Below, piece by piece: positions 61,721 through 64,000 of a stretch of DNA of 64,000 nucleotides. The notes below the pieces were generated by a model, which did no database searches, was not told the origin of the DNA, and saw only the letters and a list, made by a program, of their open reading frames with translations. Position 1 is the stretch's first letter, and every line of letters starts with the position of its first letter. The translations under genes were made by a program, and so were the position numbers. The stretch covers positions 1-64,000 of the IMG/VR virus record IMGVR_UViG_3300010344_001170. One strand, 5' to 3'. This DNA is from a virus (taxonomy: Duplodnaviria > Caudoviricetes).

Positions 61721-64000
61721 TGATCAAAAAGCTCGTATTTGTCTTAACGTTTCTTCTAACATTTTTAACTAATTTTGCGCAGATGGCTGACTTAACATAC
61801 CAAGGCCAAACGTATGTCAATAATGAGACAGGCGTATGGACGGGGGTGAATGTTCCCAGAACGTCACCAACGAACTTTAAATTTTTATATAACTCTTTAA
61901 CATCTGTTAATGTTCAGGGTTATATGTTGCAAGCTGGAGATGAAGGCGTTAATGCATACAATGGAAACTTAAATGGTGAACTTATTCAAGGAAACCAATT
62001 CATTTGGAATGGAAATTTTAGTGGTTTAGGAACCTCAATGACAATTACTCATGGAGTGTTTACAGGTTGTAATATAAATGTAAACATTAAGCATAATTAT
62101 TTGTACCGAGTTCCTATGGGAATCATACGAAAATCAGCAAGTAGTATGGTCAACACTTCAGGTGGAGTTTCGTACAATATTCTTAAAACATTTAATGTTG
62201 GTGGTGTAGTAAAAGGGATGAGTGGAGTAAAATGGTATAATAACACATTTTATCAAGACAGACCAACATATAGTAGTTCAGATCCAACAGCTGGAACATG
62301 GAGAGGAGCAATAGACGTATATACAAATACTGATGTTACTCCTAATTCTATTTCTCATGGAACGAAAATTAAAAATAATATATTCTATTCCAAATACAAA
62401 ACATTAGCCATAAATGTAATGGATGCAGCAAGTTTAACAGACTTTGAATGTGATTATAATGTTTATTGGGTAGAAGAAGGAGATCATAAACCTGTATTTA
62501 ATGCAGGCGGCACGACAAAAACATGGGATCAATGGAGAGCTATGGGATACGATGCACATTCTGTTGTCATGAATCCTAATTTTATTGATTTTGTTAATTT
62601 TGTTCCAGCAACACGTTTAGATTATGGAACAGATTTAGGAAGTGAATTCAATACAGGTTTATCAACTACTGCTGTATGGACAGTAGGTTCTATGCCTGCA
62701 ACGACAGTTCAAAATGGAACTTGGCAAGTTGGGGCACGAATTTATGCAGCAACCCCTGTAGTTCCAACTAGTCCATATTTTGTTGCTCCAAATGGAAATG
62801 ATGCAACGGGAGATGGAACAATTGATAAACCTTGGTTTACTCTTAATAAGGCATGGTCTTATGTAAAAGCAGGAGAAACTGTTTACATGCGTGGGGGCAC
62901 ATATGCTTATCATCAACAACAAAGATTAACCGGAAAAAATGGAACTTCAACATCAAGAATAAAACTTTTAGCATACAATGGAGAACGTCCAATTATTACA
63001 AGAGGAGATCCTTACACTTATCCTGGATGGCCACACGCTATAATTTATTTTACAGCAAATTATGCTGATGTAAAGGGATTAGATGTTTCAGGTGTATCTC
63101 AGCCAGCAAGTTCCCCAGATATGCATGAACCATTTAGAGCTTATGGATGTAATTATTGTACATTTGAATTACTTGATATTCATCATAATGGAGCTGGATT
63201 TCAATTAACAAATAGCAATCAATGTTATGTTATAAATAGTGATTTCCACCACAATCAAGATCCTTATACAACAAGTGCTGGAGCTTACGGAAATGCAGAT
63301 GGTATGGGTATTGATGGAACTAATCCAAATGCAATAAACTATGTTATAGGATGCCGTTTCTGGTATAACTCAGATGATGGTATTGATGGATGGGCAGAAG
63401 AAGGAACGATTGTTATTGAAAATTGCTGGGCTTTCTGGAATGGATTTATTCCTGATACTTGGAATAAAGGTGGTGACGGAAGTGGATTCAAACTTGGAAA
63501 AACAGATGCTATAGTTCCAACAATTGTTAAGAGAAAATTATACAACAACATTTCATTCCAAAATAAAAAATGGGGATTTTTAGATAATGGAATTCAATGT
63601 AATGCTGAATTATACAATAATACTGCTATAGAAAATGGTTATAAAAATTTAGATTCGTGGGCAGGAGGATTTAATTTTACTTTAGTTCCTACAACAAAAT
63701 TCTTTATAAAAAATAATATCGCTTATAAAAACAACATAACACAAGTAAGTATTGGAGATGACACGAATGTCGATCATAACACATGGGATTTGTCAGTAAC
63801 TGTTACTGATGCTGATTTTGTAAGCATAATTCCTACAGGTGTAGATGGTCCAAGACAAGCAGATGGAAGTTTACCAAATCTTACTTATTTAAAACTTGCG
63901 CAAGGTTCTGATTTAATCAACAAAGGTGTTGATGTAGGTCTGCCTTATAAAAGCACAGCTCCTGATTTAGGTGCGTATGAATCCGATTATTCATCAGTTC
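61720..64000 (+). CDS. secreted two-domain beta-helix protein with PL9-like lyase domain (truncated by window end; not in ORF track)
   Basis: ATG overlaps the upstream TGA; signal peptide ending FA|Q; YFVAPNGND, VYMRGGTY, NADG, NSDDGID, GDGSGFKLG, GPRQADGSLP, PDLGAYE; frame open to 64000. Confidence 0.85.
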   Translation, partial: MIKKLVFVLTFLLTFLTNFAQMADLTYQGQTYVNNETGVWTGVNVPRTSPTNFKFLYNSLTSVNVQGYMLQAGDEGVNAYNGNLNGELIQGNQFIWNGNFSGLGTSMTITHGVFTGCNINVNIKHNYLYRVPMGIIRKSASSMVNTSGGVSYNILKTFNVGGVVKGMSGVKWYNNTFYQDRPTYSSSDPTAGTWRGAIDVYTNTDVTPNSISHGTKIKNNIFYSKYKTLAINVMDAASLTDFECDYNVYWVEEGDHKPVFNAGGTTKTWDQWRAMGYDAHSVVMNPNFIDFVNFVPATRLDYGTDLGSEFNTGLSTTAVWTVGSMPATTVQNGTWQVGARIYAATPVVPTSPYFVAPNGNDATGDGTIDKPWFTLNKAWSYVKAGETVYMRGGTYAYHQQQRLTGKNGTSTSRIKLLAYNGERPIITRGDPYTYPGWPHAIIYFTANYADVKGLDVSGVSQPASSPDMHEPFRAYGCNYCTFELLDIHHNGAGFQLTNSNQCYVINSDFHHNQDPYTTSAGAYGNADGMGIDGTNPNAINYVIGCRFWYNSDDGIDGWAEEGTIVIENCWAFWNGFIPDTWNKGGDGSGFKLGKTDAIVPTIVKRKLYNNISFQNKKWGFLDNGIQCNAELYNNTAIENGYKNLDSWAGGFNFTLVPTTKFFIKNNIAYKNNITQVSIGDDTNVDHNTWDLSVTVTDADFVSIIPTGVDGPRQADGSLPNLTYLKLAQGSDLINKGVDVGLPYKSTAPDLGAYESDYSSV

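Noticed and set aside
1135-63551. Many short antisense or out-of-frame ORFs in the track (e.g. 8458-8889, 12737-13060, 18688-19095, 24290-24601, 29179-29514, 42407-42631, 62662-62922)
   Set aside because: They lie wholly within well-supported genes, have no motifs, and mirror low-complexity codons of the sense gene.
1-64000. Stop-codon reassignment (TAG/TGA) as seen in some large phages
   Set aside because: Core genes are intact in code 11, and TAG/TGA stops are mostly followed closely by the next gene start. TAG read-through at 55131 adds only 32 codons and at 5892 hits another TAG immediately.

Overview
AT-rich, densely coding 64-kb segment of a T4-like jumbo (myo)phage whose host is very probably a Bacteroidota species. 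Host evidence: TAnnTTTG-type promoters, no Shine-Dalgarno sites, a GE..AA tmRNA tag, and T9SS cargo genes. T4-type core genes are scattered through the window: split family-B DNA polymerase C-half, UvsX/RecA, DnaB helicase, SbcD/SbcC, gp15, gp55 late sigma, gp4, gp2, portal gp20, a degenerate gp21-like protease, tmk, an ECF sigma and three free-standing GIY-YIG endonucleases. Standout observations: (1) more than 20 unrelated genes share a transplanted N-terminal peptide, MRA(K/R)(F/L)VNE|S..DVLKPKSxEE, usually behind a late-promoter motif, which suggests a modular head-loading tag system; its cargo includes a DinG helicase, ankyrins and a 1345-aa nuclease-helicase-methyltransferase. (2) The ssrA (tmRNA) gene is circularly permuted and two-piece. 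(3) The methyltransferase locus carries a spare specificity (TRD) cassette with an exact 905-bp period and a perfect 52-bp repeat, plus a complementary SAM-binding half gene. (4) An unannotated -1 ribosomal frameshift signal (A_AAA_AAA plus stem/pseudoknot) extends a membrane protein by 107 aa. (5) Two signal-peptide beta-helix (lyase-like) genes, one with a T9SS C-terminal sorting domain. (6) Three distinct promoter classes imply a host-sigma > phage ECF sigma > gp55 cascade. All functional calls are from motif recognition by eye; no database searches were run.
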